Shown here: positions 46,101 through 55,126 of the stretch, in pieces
Numbering within the stretch: the stretch's first letter is position 1
Layout of the letters: each line of letters begins with the position of its first letter
Origin: an uncultured virus (IMG/VR IMGVR_UViG_3300037512_002166)
Taxonomy: Duplodnaviria > Heunggongvirae > Uroviricota > Caudoviricetes
Length of the DNA: 64,000 nucleotides
Strand: one strand, 5' to 3'
Virus record (IMG/VR): IMGVR_UViG_3300037512_002166
Notes under the pieces: generated by a model
The model's database searches: none
Told to the model about the DNA's origin: nothing
What the model saw: only the letters and a program-made list of their open reading frames with translations
Translations under genes and position numbers: made by a program

Positions 46101-48699
46101 TGTCGAACTCGGCCTTGGCCTGGGAAAGGGTCTTGATGAGGTCAAGATACGGCAGCTTCGCCTTGGCGATCGTTTCGCCGGGGACCTTCGCAATCGCGTC
46201 GTCGATCATCTTCGCCTGCTTGATGACGTCACCGAAGGCGCCACCGATCTGGCGGATGAAGTATTCGGACAGGCTGTCGATTCCGTTCTTGATCTCTTCC
46301 TCGGAGCGGCCGGCGATGGTCCAGGCCTCCTTGAGCGCGAACTTGCCGGCCTCCAGGGTACCCTTTACCGTTCCGTCAAGGATGGCTGCAGATACCTTGT
46401 TCTCGATATGCTCATAGTCGCTGTCTTCGAGGAGTTGCACGCCGATGTCCACCTTATCGCGGTCGAACCCGTAGCCCTTGGCGTTCCCGCTGACCATCTC
46501 GTTGCGCAAGGACTTTGCGCGCGACTCGGCCTTCTTCTGGGACTCTGACATGGCCTCGTTGATGGCCTTTGCCCGGGCCTCCTCGTACGCCTGGACGCGG
46601 ATCAACTCGATCTGCTCGCGGCGGGCGTCGTTGAGCTCCTGGACGTTGTCCAGTTCAAGCTTCTGGATATTGAGGATGTTTCCGTATTCAGCCTTCAGCT
46701 TGTCGAGCGCGGTCTGCCGGTCCTCCAGCTTGTTGTTGGTGTCGGCAGCGATGTCGAGCAGCTTCTCGAAGCGGGTGATCTGCGAATTGAGGTTTGTTGC
46801 AGCCTCGGCGCCTATTTCATTGAGCGTCTTGCGGAGCTGGTTCGCCTTGGCGATAATGTCAACGAGGACCATTCCGATGTAGATGAGGATTCCGAGCCAG
46901 TTCTGCTTGATGATGGCGCCGATCGAAGCAACCGTACCCCTAAACCCGATAGCCACCCGGTTCAGCGCCGTGAGCTCGTGGCCCATGGCGATGAACTTAC
47001 CCTGCATGTTCGCCACGGTCGCAGTGATCATCTTGCCAGCCCTGGTAAGACCGATAAGGCCGGCCGTACCCTTCACAAGCATGAAGACGATGAGCGGCTC
47101 CATGATGGACGCTAGCGCCTGCCAGTGGCTGATGATGTTCTCCAGGCCGGTGATGACACCCTTGATGAAGGCGTCGTGGCCCTTGCCGATATTGTTGAAC
47201 ATGATCTGGATGCGGTCGTTCAAGTTGGAAATGCGGCCCTGGATCGTGTCCGCCTGTATCTCCTGCATCTTGTAGAACGCGCCGCCAAGCTCGGTAGTCT
47301 TCTTGAGGACGGCCTCCACGTCGGCAAACTTGACCATACGCTTGGAGACCATCTGCATGACCTCACCGACAGACACCGTGCGGTTGTAGATTTCGGTGAA
47401 ACGATCCGCCAGGCCGCCCAGCATGTTCACGCCGGCTTCCGAGAACTGACGGAGTTCGGTTCCCTTCAGGAACTCGGCCGCTTTTACCTGGCCATATGCG
47501 AGTATGAGCCTTTGCATGTCGACGCCAACACCGGCGCTGATGTCGCCGAGCATCTTGGTGGTCTCGATCAGCTTGTTGGTCTCGATACGGTACGCAGCCA
47601 GCTGCTTGGTCTGTTGGAAGAGCTCCTGCACGGAGAACGGAGACCGCACGGCGATCTTCGTAATCTCGTTGAACATGGCGCCGGCGGTGTTCGCGTCCTG
47701 GATGATGACGGCGAGGGAGCGCTGGGCGAGCTCGAATTCGCCGCGCACCTTGATCATCTCGGACAGGAAACGCTGGACGATGAACGGAGAGAAAGCGGTC
47801 ATGAGGAGCGTCCGGACCATGCCGGCGCTCGTGCTCGTCTCCCGGAGGGTGGCGTTGACCTGCTTGATGCCGGCGGTGGTCCTCGCAATCTGGGCGTTCA
47901 CCTGCTGCAGGTACGTCGGATTGATGAGGCCCTTGCCGTTCTGGTCCTTCTCCAGCTCACGCTTCACGGCCTTCAGCTGACGGAGCTTCTCGAGCATCTG
48001 GTCAACATTCGACGGATTGACCCCGAGGATACCGGAAGCCTTCCGGGCGATCTTGCCGGCCGCATCCATCTCCTTATAGTATTTGTCCTCCTCCTTCGCG
48101 AGCTTCGTGGCCTCCTTCTCAAGATCCTTATAGTAGGTCTTCATCTGCTTGAGGCCGTCGTTCGCTGCGGTGAGGCTCTTGATGTATTCGTTGAATTCCC
48201 CGACCTGCTGCTTCGTCAGATTGCCGCCCAGGGCCGCCTTACGCGCATCGAGCAGCTTGCCGAGCTGCTCCTTCAGGGATTCGATCTCCTGCTTGTTGCG
48301 CTCGATATCCTCGGGCGACATGCGGATAAGGCCCTGCTTCTGGAGGCTGGCATAGTTATACAGGTCGGACAGCCGATTTCGGATGTCGTCAATCTTCGTG
48401 GTATAGTCTGCGATGGACTGCTTCACGGCGCTCGACCTCTGGGCCACCTTGGTGACCGTCTCGCCAATGAGGCTGATGCTGCGCAGTGCGCCGGACGCAT
48501 CGAACGCCGCGCTGAACGTGGCGCCGGTACCCTTCATCTTCTCGGCCATCGTGGTTACGCTGCCGGACACCTTTTCGAAGCTTTCCGCGAGCTTCACCGA
48601 AGCGTCGCTCATCTTCTCGATGGAACCCTGTGCGGTCTTGAGATCTTCTATGATTTTGCTGTCAAGCTTGAGAGCAGCAGCTACGCCTTCCTGTGCCAT
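43138..48699 (-). CDS. Tape measure protein
   Basis: 1853-aa helical protein, tape-measure domain (SPF..LGD..LAYGQV..G.ELRQF.EAG), after tail chaperones. Confidence 0.92.
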   Translation of the reverse strand: MAQEGVAAALKLDSKIIEDLKTAQGSIEKMSDASVKLAESFEKVSGSVTTMAEKMKGTGATFSAAFDASGALRSISLIGETVTKVAQRSSAVKQSIADYTTKIDDIRNRLSDLYNYASLQKQGLIRMSPEDIERNKQEIESLKEQLGKLLDARKAALGGNLTKQQVGEFNEYIKSLTAANDGLKQMKTYYKDLEKEATKLAKEEDKYYKEMDAAGKIARKASGILGVNPSNVDQMLEKLRQLKAVKRELEKDQNGKGLINPTYLQQVNAQIARTTAGIKQVNATLRETSTSAGMVRTLLMTAFSPFIVQRFLSEMIKVRGEFELAQRSLAVIIQDANTAGAMFNEITKIAVRSPFSVQELFQQTKQLAAYRIETNKLIETTKMLGDISAGVGVDMQRLILAYGQVKAAEFLKGTELRQFSEAGVNMLGGLADRFTEIYNRTVSVGEVMQMVSKRMVKFADVEAVLKKTTELGGAFYKMQEIQADTIQGRISNLNDRIQIMFNNIGKGHDAFIKGVITGLENIISHWQALASIMEPLIVFMLVKGTAGLIGLTRAGKMITATVANMQGKFIAMGHELTALNRVAIGFRGTVASIGAIIKQNWLGILIYIGMVLVDIIAKANQLRKTLNEIGAEAATNLNSQITRFEKLLDIAADTNNKLEDRQTALDKLKAEYGNILNIQKLELDNVQELNDARREQIELIRVQAYEEARAKAINEAMSESQKKAESRAKSLRNEMVSGNAKGYGFDRDKVDIGVQLLEDSDYEHIENKVSAAILDGTVKGTLEAGKFALKEAWTIAGRSEEEIKNGIDSLSEYFIRQIGGAFGDVIKQAKMIDDAIAKVPGETIAKAKLPYLDLIKTLSQAKAEFDKNNKKEEYSFNPALKEKDFIEYLKGVRDGIKKQIDNGALGDIEDFMKDELNTALENAFKAAANEGGDVEKAIRDVQDRVAKKFGKVGTSVIGEGILKYETGQTVSDYIGNIDKELEQAIGAAEEWVKLQELIKQGKTTGAAPRMVELLHQFGSKEELQTYINMLKELRTELGATEDVKTEKNGASSYKTDLNTFLTALRNARKELDKLSDEGDVKYLEKLAALGKKVSISLGDDFKATDEQIMALIEKYKSKLETKDRIDIELNLITDKAEDKLKAYSDLVSDLWDRYDNSKKMQDWGLSPTEGTTSEVMDEIKALEKYLRDSGLGDEAVKLANDIAEKRVQIARTEQEEVAKIMYDANTKSLDKIEQAYKEMIENVSKIRTWDNEEEKTVAINNQIAKSTRDIADAQWDAYKSTEAYALAFGDLSGMSDELLASLKANLEYWLQLPEGALNPTEIQAIVKNIKRIEDQAGNNEVSSFFEAIATGLREIGEARSALKDLPELSGKVAEAQKEYFEALNREREARAAYAAEQTDENFIEMTAAVQESAIAEQNLTDATNNFNSAQTRANKAVKNSTARMQQIESAYSQVGNTIDDTIKLVEDMAEAFGLPISDDVKDGIEGFTKGFKLVGQAISLATAAMAAYNTMETITLKTGEKLIATLTPFIGPLIAAFAVVGSIIAAITIKENRLKKQVEEHKDVVEKLEKAYDRLQKAMDKAINVSRLRSSFAEMNANLIKQRKELEEAIAANGQRKQTDEVKKETEELSEQLSEVKDKLVELKDEFYEMLGLSTDSQGTAKSWSSDWLSAFKETGNGLKSLRDDFEKLYDDIIVGQLWSSVMGDHIEEVQNAIKKALADGRISDMEAETIRSYKEMLYDWNRQLEGEARRLGVSSGSVSENTLQRGVQTVTEQTASAVESILNTTSYNVSDTNAKVTNIETALTGEGENTILTQLKSQTRYLADIARIASAVYYPGGHPKGAGALKVITEMA

Positions 48700-48707
48700 A
48701 GTTCAAG

Positions 48708-49050
48708 TCAATTTTTAGTTTTTCCCCCGAAGATCGGGATGCCAAGGTCGGACAGCACTCCCATGTTGTTGCCCGTAAATCGCACAGCGCTCTGGCGGAT
48801 CTTCTCCTGCTTCGCCTGCTCTTCCGTCAGGTATTCGATGTGCGTGTTGTCACAGATGGACAACTGGATTTGAGGTATGGTCCATTCCCAGAGATAGGCA
48901 TCCTTGGTTACGCCGGGATGAGCCTTGAGGAAGTCGATCATTTGTCCCCACTCCGTTCGGGAGACAACTGTCTTTGTTCTTCCGTCGTCTTCTTTCTTTC
49001 CAAAAGTCTCTGGCGCAAGATCTGTATCGAGCTGGTAATCGAAAAAAAAA
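48708..49050 (-). CDS. Tail assembly chaperone frameshift extension (gpT-like)
   Basis: -1 frame entered at T9 slippery run (49042-49050). Confidence 0.75.
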
Positions 49051-49471
49051 CCTCGATGTCGAGCATTTGGAGCATCTCGACGAGCAGTGACAGCCAGCAA
49101 TCCTGCGACGTGTCCCACATGATGGTGTCGTAGGTACCCTTGTATTCATCGCTGAATTCTCCGTCGCGGCCGTTGGCGTAGATGCGCCGGCGGTCGTTCA
49201 GAAGTCCGAGCGTGATGACCTTCACGACGGAAGGGATGTTCACGGCGAACTGCTTAACCACGTCCTCGAAGTTCGCGGATTCGGCCTTCTGGATGGAAAT
49301 GGCCTCTTGGGCGATGAGCCACTGCGTGCCCGGCTTGAGGGCGCGCACCTCCCACTTCGTGCCGTCAAAGCTCTTCACTCGCGGCGAATCGTTCATTATC
49401 TCGATGAGGCGCTCCTGGGCCTCGATGCTCGGCTCCTGCTCGAGCGGCTTGCGTTTCTTCTTTTCTGCCAT
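48938..49471 (-). CDS. Tail assembly chaperone (gpG-like)
   Basis: Between major tail gene and TMP. Confidence 0.8.
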   Translation of the reverse strand: MAEKKKRKPLEQEPSIEAQERLIEIMNDSPRVKSFDGTKWEVRALKPGTQWLIAQEAISIQKAESANFEDVVKQFAVNIPSVVKVITLGLLNDRRRIYANGRDGEFSDEYKGTYDTIMWDTSQDCWLSLLVEMLQMLDIEVFFSITSSIQILRQRLLERKKTTEEQRQLSPERSGDK

Positions 49472-49538
49472 CTTTTGGAAAGAATAAGGGGCAGGGCGCA
49501 CAGCCCCGCCCCCGGTTCATAGTTCAGTTTAGGTTCGA

Positions 49539-50378
49539 TTAGGAACCGGCCTGGGTCACAGGGATCTCCACGGCGTCGTCGCCGGTACCGACGGTGAGCG
49601 TAGCGGTACGGGCGGAGGTGCCTGCGTTGTTGGAGGCAACCGCAGAGATGACGCCGTTGTCGAACGTGGCGGTCAGCCAGTTCTCGCTCGGAGTCAGGGT
49701 CGGGTCGTCGCCGCCGCCGTAGACGAAGACGGCCTTGGTGCCGCCAGCCTTCGGGAAGGACAGGGCGGTCGGGTCGACGATGATCGTGGAACCGGTGTCC
49801 TCGTACGTGCCAGCACCCTGGCCCAGCGCGGAGATCGTGCCGAGAGTGGTGCCGCTCTTCACGAACGTGAACGGGGTGGCGATCTTCTTGCCGGCGGTGG
49901 TGGCGATGTCGACGGAGTACGCGGAACCAGCGATGGTACCACGTGCGATTCCGGTCTTCAGGCTCTCGATGTTCAGCTTCGGACCGAGCAGAACACGGGG
50001 AACGATGAAGGAGCCGTCTTCCATCTGGACCTCGATATGGGCGTACGTCTTTGCGTACGCGGCCGGGGCGTAGGCGATGGTCTTGGCGGCGTTCATCGCG
50101 AAGCCCATACAGACGTGCAGGAGCTCCGGGTTGATGTCGCCGGACTCCATGGACACCACGTACTTGCCGAGCTTGATGGCCTCGTAGAGAGGCTCGTCAC
50201 GGGTCTCGCAAGGCACCTCCGTGGTCTCGTTGTCGTCCTGGTTGATCTGCACGGTGTCACCGACAAGGTTCTGCAGATCGTAGCGATCGCCGGTAAGATC
50301 CAGCGTGTCGCCGACCCACGGGGTGAAGAGTACTTTCTTCACACCCGAAAGGATGATGGGGGAAAAAGCTTTCTCCAT
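49539..50378 (-). CDS. Major tail protein with C-terminal BACON-like domain
   Basis: Position; WL..N..RTATLTV..VTQAG. Confidence 0.8.
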   Translation of the reverse strand: MEKAFSPIILSGVKKVLFTPWVGDTLDLTGDRYDLQNLVGDTVQINQDDNETTEVPCETRDEPLYEAIKLGKYVVSMESGDINPELLHVCMGFAMNAAKTIAYAPAAYAKTYAHIEVQMEDGSFIVPRVLLGPKLNIESLKTGIARGTIAGSAYSVDIATTAGKKIATPFTFVKSGTTLGTISALGQGAGTYEDTGSTIIVDPTALSFPKAGGTKAVFVYGGGDDPTLTPSENWLTATFDNGVISAVASNNAGTSARTATLTVGTGDDAVEIPVTQAGS

Positions 50379-50392
50379 AATTGTAAGATTTA

Positions 50393-50803
50393 TTAGGTTA
50401 TTACAAGGTTAAGTTGGATGAGCACGAAGAAGTAGTCATTGATTGCGTTATAGCTCGAGTAGCGGCCACGGAAGCTGATGTGGTAGTAAGGGTCGGAACT
50501 CTCCCGGACGATCCGATTGAGCGCCTTCTCCATCTCCTGCAGCGTCTTGACATCCTTGATGCCCTTTGCGTTCTGCTTGGTGTAGAGGATCACCCTCACG
50601 GTGCCGGAGCCATAGGCGTCATCGTCGCGGATCGGATTGCCGCAGTCTACGACCGCGAACTTCGTCCAGTCCTTGCCGATGTCGGTAGGGAGCTCGCCGA
50701 AGAAAAGGTTCTTCGTGAGCTTGTCGTCCCCTCTCAGGAGCGTGTCGAAAAACGTCTCTATCGAGGAAACCGTCATCCTATCGAGTCTTTCAAGAGGTGC
50801 CAT
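50393..50803 (-). CDS. Putative tail terminator
   Basis: Size and synteny. Confidence 0.6.
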   Translation of the reverse strand: MAPLERLDRMTVSSIETFFDTLLRGDDKLTKNLFFGELPTDIGKDWTKFAVVDCGNPIRDDDAYGSGTVRVILYTKQNAKGIKDVKTLQEMEKALNRIVRESSDPYYHISFRGRYSSYNAINDYFFVLIQLNLVIT

Positions 50804-51363
50804 TACTTCTGTCCGTTATACAAAACATCAACATATACGCTTACGCCAAAATCCCGTTCGATCTCACCGACCGTCTCGAGGATCTCCTGGGTGATGATCC
50901 GAAGCGCTTTGTGCTGCTGCCCGTTGCGCATCGTCCATCCTTTCTCGTGGATCGCGGAGTACCACATCGCGTTCGTGAGGTAAAGCTCGTAACCATTCGT
51001 GTCGGACTTGTGGTCGCGCAGCTCGTGAAGAGCCATGCTTCGCCCCATCCGCCCGCGCTTCGGGTCCGGCTCGGCGCTATCCACGTCAGCATTCTTCCGC
51101 GAGGAATAGTGAGTGCCGCGATACTGCGCCTTGTCGAGGAATTTCGTACGTATCTTCTTTCCGTTGAAGTATACGGCGCAAGCGAACGCCTCCATCTGGT
51201 TGAGCGTGATGTTGCCGGTTTCCTTGCTCTCGGCCGCGCGGACAAGAGCCGCGTATCCGATCTCAAGCAGTCGCTCGACAACGGTCATGTCAACCGTCGG
51301 ATTCTCTATCTCACTCTTGATGAGATTAAGAACCTTATCAAATGGAGCCGTCACTTGCGTCAT
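50803..51363 (-). CDS. Putative neck/tail completion protein
   Basis: Synteny; AMWYS motif. Confidence 0.55.
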   Translation of the reverse strand: MTQVTAPFDKVLNLIKSEIENPTVDMTVVERLLEIGYAALVRAAESKETGNITLNQMEAFACAVYFNGKKIRTKFLDKAQYRGTHYSSRKNADVDSAEPDPKRGRMGRSMALHELRDHKSDTNGYELYLTNAMWYSAIHEKGWTMRNGQQHKALRIITQEILETVGEIERDFGVSVYVDVLYNGQK

Positions 51364-51700
51364 AGTCCTTCACGTATGCGACGAGGCCGTCGACCTGGGA
51401 AAGAACTACGTTCGTGACCATCCCCGTGACATCAACGCCGCCCATAGAGCCGGAGAACTTCATGCCCCTGTGGATAGGGACTTCATTCTTCAGATCGAAC
51501 GGCATGAACACGGAAAACGTCGCGATCAGCACGGGGTTCGCCGCCTTGGAGACCTCCTGTATGTCGCATTTGGTCTCGTATACAAGGACAGGGTCAACCG
51601 TCCGCTGGTCGAGCGGCTTGGTCAGGTCCGGGTCCGCAATTTCAAAGAACTGTCCTCGGTAAGGATAGTCTACAACCCTATTTCGCTTGGTGTAGGCCAT
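51338..51700 (-). CDS. Putative head closure protein
   Basis: Synteny; CDIQE motif. Confidence 0.55.
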   Translation of the reverse strand: MAYTKRNRVVDYPYRGQFFEIADPDLTKPLDQRTVDPVLVYETKCDIQEVSKAANPVLIATFSVFMPFDLKNEVPIHRGMKFSGSMGGVDVTGMVTNVVLSQVDGLVAYVKDYDASDGSI

Positions 51701-51704
51701 ATCC

Positions 51705-52058
51705 TTAATCCATCCATTGGAGGCAAGAAGTAGGGACGAGCTCCAGCTTCTCGTCCTTATACTTGCCGTAGATATTCCGCAGGATATCAATGATGTCGTC
51801 CTTGCTCTTGATGGTCTGCTGCCCAGTAGAGGTAGAGAACTGGCCGTGCTGACGCTGGAAGCTCGGGATGTTGTCCCCAGCCAGCACGACGGTCAAGAGA
51901 ATGTCTGCCCGGAGGAGATCCTTGTCGCGCTGCGTAAGCTGCGTGAACTCGGTGACCTCCGACACGCCCCGTTCGAGAGCAATCGTTTTCAGACTGCTCT
52001 CGTCCAGGACGAAACCGGTCAGGCCGGACATGTACTCTATGATATCGAATGCGGCCAT
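51705..52058 (-). CDS. Putative head-tail adaptor
   Basis: Immediately downstream of capsid gene. Confidence 0.6.
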   Translation of the reverse strand: MAAFDIIEYMSGLTGFVLDESSLKTIALERGVSEVTEFTQLTQRDKDLLRADILLTVVLAGDNIPSFQRQHGQFSTSTGQQTIKSKDDIIDILRNIYGKYKDEKLELVPTSCLQWMD

Positions 52059-52060
52059 GA

Positions 52061-53218
52061 TTAGTCAGCGGTGGTGGTTGCGACGATCACGTGGTCCAGG
52101 AACTCCTCGAGAACAGGGACGGCGGACACGAAGAGGTCGGTGTGCCACTCCTTGAAGTCGCCGTTGTTCAGCGTGGTGTTCATGATGGTGAAGATGTCGA
52201 GGTTCGCGAACACCTTGTCGATGATCTTGGAACCGTACTTCTCCGCCATCTTTCGGTCGAGCAGCTCGGCGCGCTTCACCGTGCCGGCGAAGCCGACAGG
52301 GCGAAGGACAGCCTTGTTGGCGGCCCAGCCGTGAACCGGAGTACCCTCGTTGTACTGCTTCTCCTCGACGATCTCGATGGGGGAGATCTTCGGGTTGTCG
52401 GTAGCGAAGGCCTCGTTGAACATCTTCTCGTTCATGCTCCAGCCGGCCACGTTCGGCTTGTCGTTGACAGTACGCCAGTCGGTGATGTAGGCGATCACCT
52501 GAGCGTTCTTCAGAACGTAGTTGTGGAACATGTCGCGGGTCATCTGCCACTTGAGGGCGCCGGCATAACCGGTGCGGTCGCGGAAGTCCTGCTCGATCTT
52601 CTCCATCTGGTCCAGGAGCTTGCAGTTCGCGTTGTCGGCCCAGGACACCGTGCCGGCCTTCACGAAGTTCTCCGTAGGGATCGGAGCCTTGTAGATAGGC
52701 CCGGTGATACCGGAACCCTGGTTGTAGATCACGGAACCGGTGGAGAGGGCCATCGCAGCCAGATGGCTGAGGGTGCTGTCGGCCTCGCGGACCATCTGCT
52801 GGATGTCGTCGGCGTAGGCAGACAGGATCTGGGCGTCGTTGCCGAAGTATTCCTCGAACATGCGCTCCTTGGCCTCGCGCTCCATCGCCTGCTCCACGAA
52901 GCCACGGGCCGCGAAGTCAGGGATGGTACCCTCGTAATGCTCCAGACCGTTCTTGTCGCGGACCTGGGTCTCGCCAAGAGGGGCACGCCAGTCGAGCATG
53001 TTCTCCAGAACATTCTTGCGCATGTTCGCGGAGAAGAGCGCCGTACCGTCGTTGTTGCGGGGCGTGAGGGTCGGATCAACAGAGAACTGGCCGCGCCAGA
53101 AGGACGGCAGCCGCTTGATGATCACGGGGTCGTTCACGAAGAGGGTGAGAGCCTGACGAGCGTCGCGGCTACCCCAGAACTTCGCGTAAGTAGAGAGGTT
53201 GAAGTCATATTTTGCCAT
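52061..53218 (-). CDS. Major capsid protein
   Basis: 385 aa, strong codon bias, position after scaffold and decoration genes. Confidence 0.8.
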   Translation of the reverse strand: MAKYDFNLSTYAKFWGSRDARQALTLFVNDPVIIKRLPSFWRGQFSVDPTLTPRNNDGTALFSANMRKNVLENMLDWRAPLGETQVRDKNGLEHYEGTIPDFAARGFVEQAMEREAKERMFEEYFGNDAQILSAYADDIQQMVREADSTLSHLAAMALSTGSVIYNQGSGITGPIYKAPIPTENFVKAGTVSWADNANCKLLDQMEKIEQDFRDRTGYAGALKWQMTRDMFHNYVLKNAQVIAYITDWRTVNDKPNVAGWSMNEKMFNEAFATDNPKISPIEIVEEKQYNEGTPVHGWAANKAVLRPVGFAGTVKRAELLDRKMAEKYGSKIIDKVFANLDIFTIMNTTLNNGDFKEWHTDLFVSAVPVLEEFLDHVIVATTTAD

Positions 53219-53237
53219 AGTTCTGTCCTCCTATTGA

Positions 53238-54206
53238 TTAAGCGCTGGGAGACATCTTGGTCCAGGTGTAGGTCGGCGTTTCACCCTCGGTGATGGCCGT
53301 ACACACATACAGGGCCTCGGAACCGGTTGCAGTAACGGTGTACTGAGAACCGATCTTACCGACCGTAGCGGTGGTAGGAGCCTCGGCACCGGACTGGTTC
53401 ATGATGTCGAATTCGTCGTCGATGTCTTCGAGCTTGCCGTTGATCTCGTCGATCTGCTCCTGCAGCTCAACGACAGAAGCGACGGCACCTTCCGGAGCCG
53501 CCAGGCCGTCGACCTTGAACCAGCCAGGGATGTCGCACTTGTTGATGCGGGCCACGCAGGCGGGCAGCGGGGACATACGGTTGACGTACATCAGGCCAGC
53601 CAGGGCCGGGGTCAGCAGGTAGCGAGCGCCCTCGAAGTCGTCAGCGCCGCTGGCGGGATCGTAGAAGCAGTCGTAGTCGCACGGAGCCACGCAGTTGATG
53701 CGCTTGACGAGCATCGCCTTGTTGGCGCCGGAGCTTTCAGCTTCAACGAGAACGTCGCCGTCGGACACGGAGTCGATGGCGGTGGAGAAGGTGAGCTCCC
53801 AGTTGCCGTCGTCGTCGAGAGCGATGGCGGTAATGGCGTAAGCCTTACCCTTGCCACCGATCTCGCTCGGGGCCTTCATGAGAACATCGCCGACAAACGG
53901 GACGTGCTTGAAGCCGTCCTTGTAGATGACCACCTTGGTGGAAGCCTGGGACTTCACCTTGAAGGTCTTGAGGAGGTAGATGGCCGGATGGATGCCGTTC
54001 CCGTCGGGACGATACTCCATCAGGTCACCGGCGAAGATCTTGGCCTTGCCCTTGAAGGGGTTGGCAAGCTTGCCGCCGTGGGTCGGGAAGACAAGATCGT
54101 TCTTCACGCCCTGCAGTTTCACGAACACACTGCGAGCGCCGCCGATGGTCTCGTGACGCTGAAGCATCGTGGTGCCCATGAACACTCCATTAGGATAAGT
54201 AGGCAT
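53238..54206 (-). CDS. Head decoration/capsid-associated protein
   Basis: Between scaffold and capsid genes. Confidence 0.6.
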   Translation of the reverse strand: MPTYPNGVFMGTTMLQRHETIGGARSVFVKLQGVKNDLVFPTHGGKLANPFKGKAKIFAGDLMEYRPDGNGIHPAIYLLKTFKVKSQASTKVVIYKDGFKHVPFVGDVLMKAPSEIGGKGKAYAITAIALDDDGNWELTFSTAIDSVSDGDVLVEAESSGANKAMLVKRINCVAPCDYDCFYDPASGADDFEGARYLLTPALAGLMYVNRMSPLPACVARINKCDIPGWFKVDGLAAPEGAVASVVELQEQIDEINGKLEDIDDEFDIMNQSGAEAPTTATVGKIGSQYTVTATGSEALYVCTAITEGETPTYTWTKMSPSA

Positions 54207-54237
54207 TGTCTTTCACAGTTTAAGGTTAAACAATAAG

Positions 54238-54891
54238 TTACTTGCTCGGCTCCTCGGGATCTTTGCGCAGCGCACGTACACCAGCGAAAGCATCGTTCGG
54301 GGAGGTGCCATCACCAGGCTTCGGAGTGATAGGAGTGATCGATTCCTCGGGGGAGTGGGACTTGTTGTAGAATTCGAGATAGGTCTTGCCTTTCTCTTCC
54401 GCATCGTCGTCCTTGCCGATGTTCGCGATGGAAAGGATGGAGTCGATCCACTTCTCGTCCTTGACGTTGTTGTCCGTAAGATACTTGCGGATCTCGGAAC
54501 GCTTGGCCGCGATAGCTTTCTCATCTTCCTCTTTCGCACGCTGCGCCTTGATAAGGTCCAGCTCTTCGCGCATCTTCTCGATCTCGGATTTCTCACCGGG
54601 CTTCGGTTCGCCAGGCTTGGGTTCGCCAGGTTTCGGTTCAGTCGGGTGGTTCTTCTCGTACTCCTTGATGAAATCGGAACGATCCTTCTCCATGTTGGAG
54701 TTCACGTTTTCAAGCATAGGCTTGACCTTCGTGATAAAATCGTCCAGCTCCATCTCATCGTCAGCAACAAGCGACATCAGGTTTTCTGTGTGCTCGTTCA
54801 AGGTCTTCGTTGACATGCGCAAGGGCTTCTTGCCGCCGTTCGTCAACTGCTGGTTGAGTTTTTCAACCGCTTGTTCCTTAGTGAATTTCAT
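54238..54891 (-). CDS. Capsid scaffolding protein
   Basis: Charged coiled-coil, EPKPG repeats, first gene of head operon. Confidence 0.7.
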   Translation of the reverse strand: MKFTKEQAVEKLNQQLTNGGKKPLRMSTKTLNEHTENLMSLVADDEMELDDFITKVKPMLENVNSNMEKDRSDFIKEYEKNHPTEPKPGEPKPGEPKPGEKSEIEKMREELDLIKAQRAKEEDEKAIAAKRSEIRKYLTDNNVKDEKWIDSILSIANIGKDDDAEEKGKTYLEFYNKSHSPEESITPITPKPGDGTSPNDAFAGVRALRKDPEEPSK

Positions 54892-55126
54892 AGATGATGA
54901 ACATTTGTTGCAACAAAAATGTGGACTCTTTTATAATATTATTTGTATTTGCCAAGCGGAGTTTTTCACCTTTTCCAAAAAGTGAAATACTTTCCCACGT
55001 TTTCGGCCTCAAAAGCCGGAAGAAGCCCTTATTTTCGCATCCGAGGGGATAGCCGCACGGCGATACGGGGCTTTCGGCATCTTTACCCCTTCCCCTTATT
55101 TTCGATGCCGCTTAAACTATAGGAAG

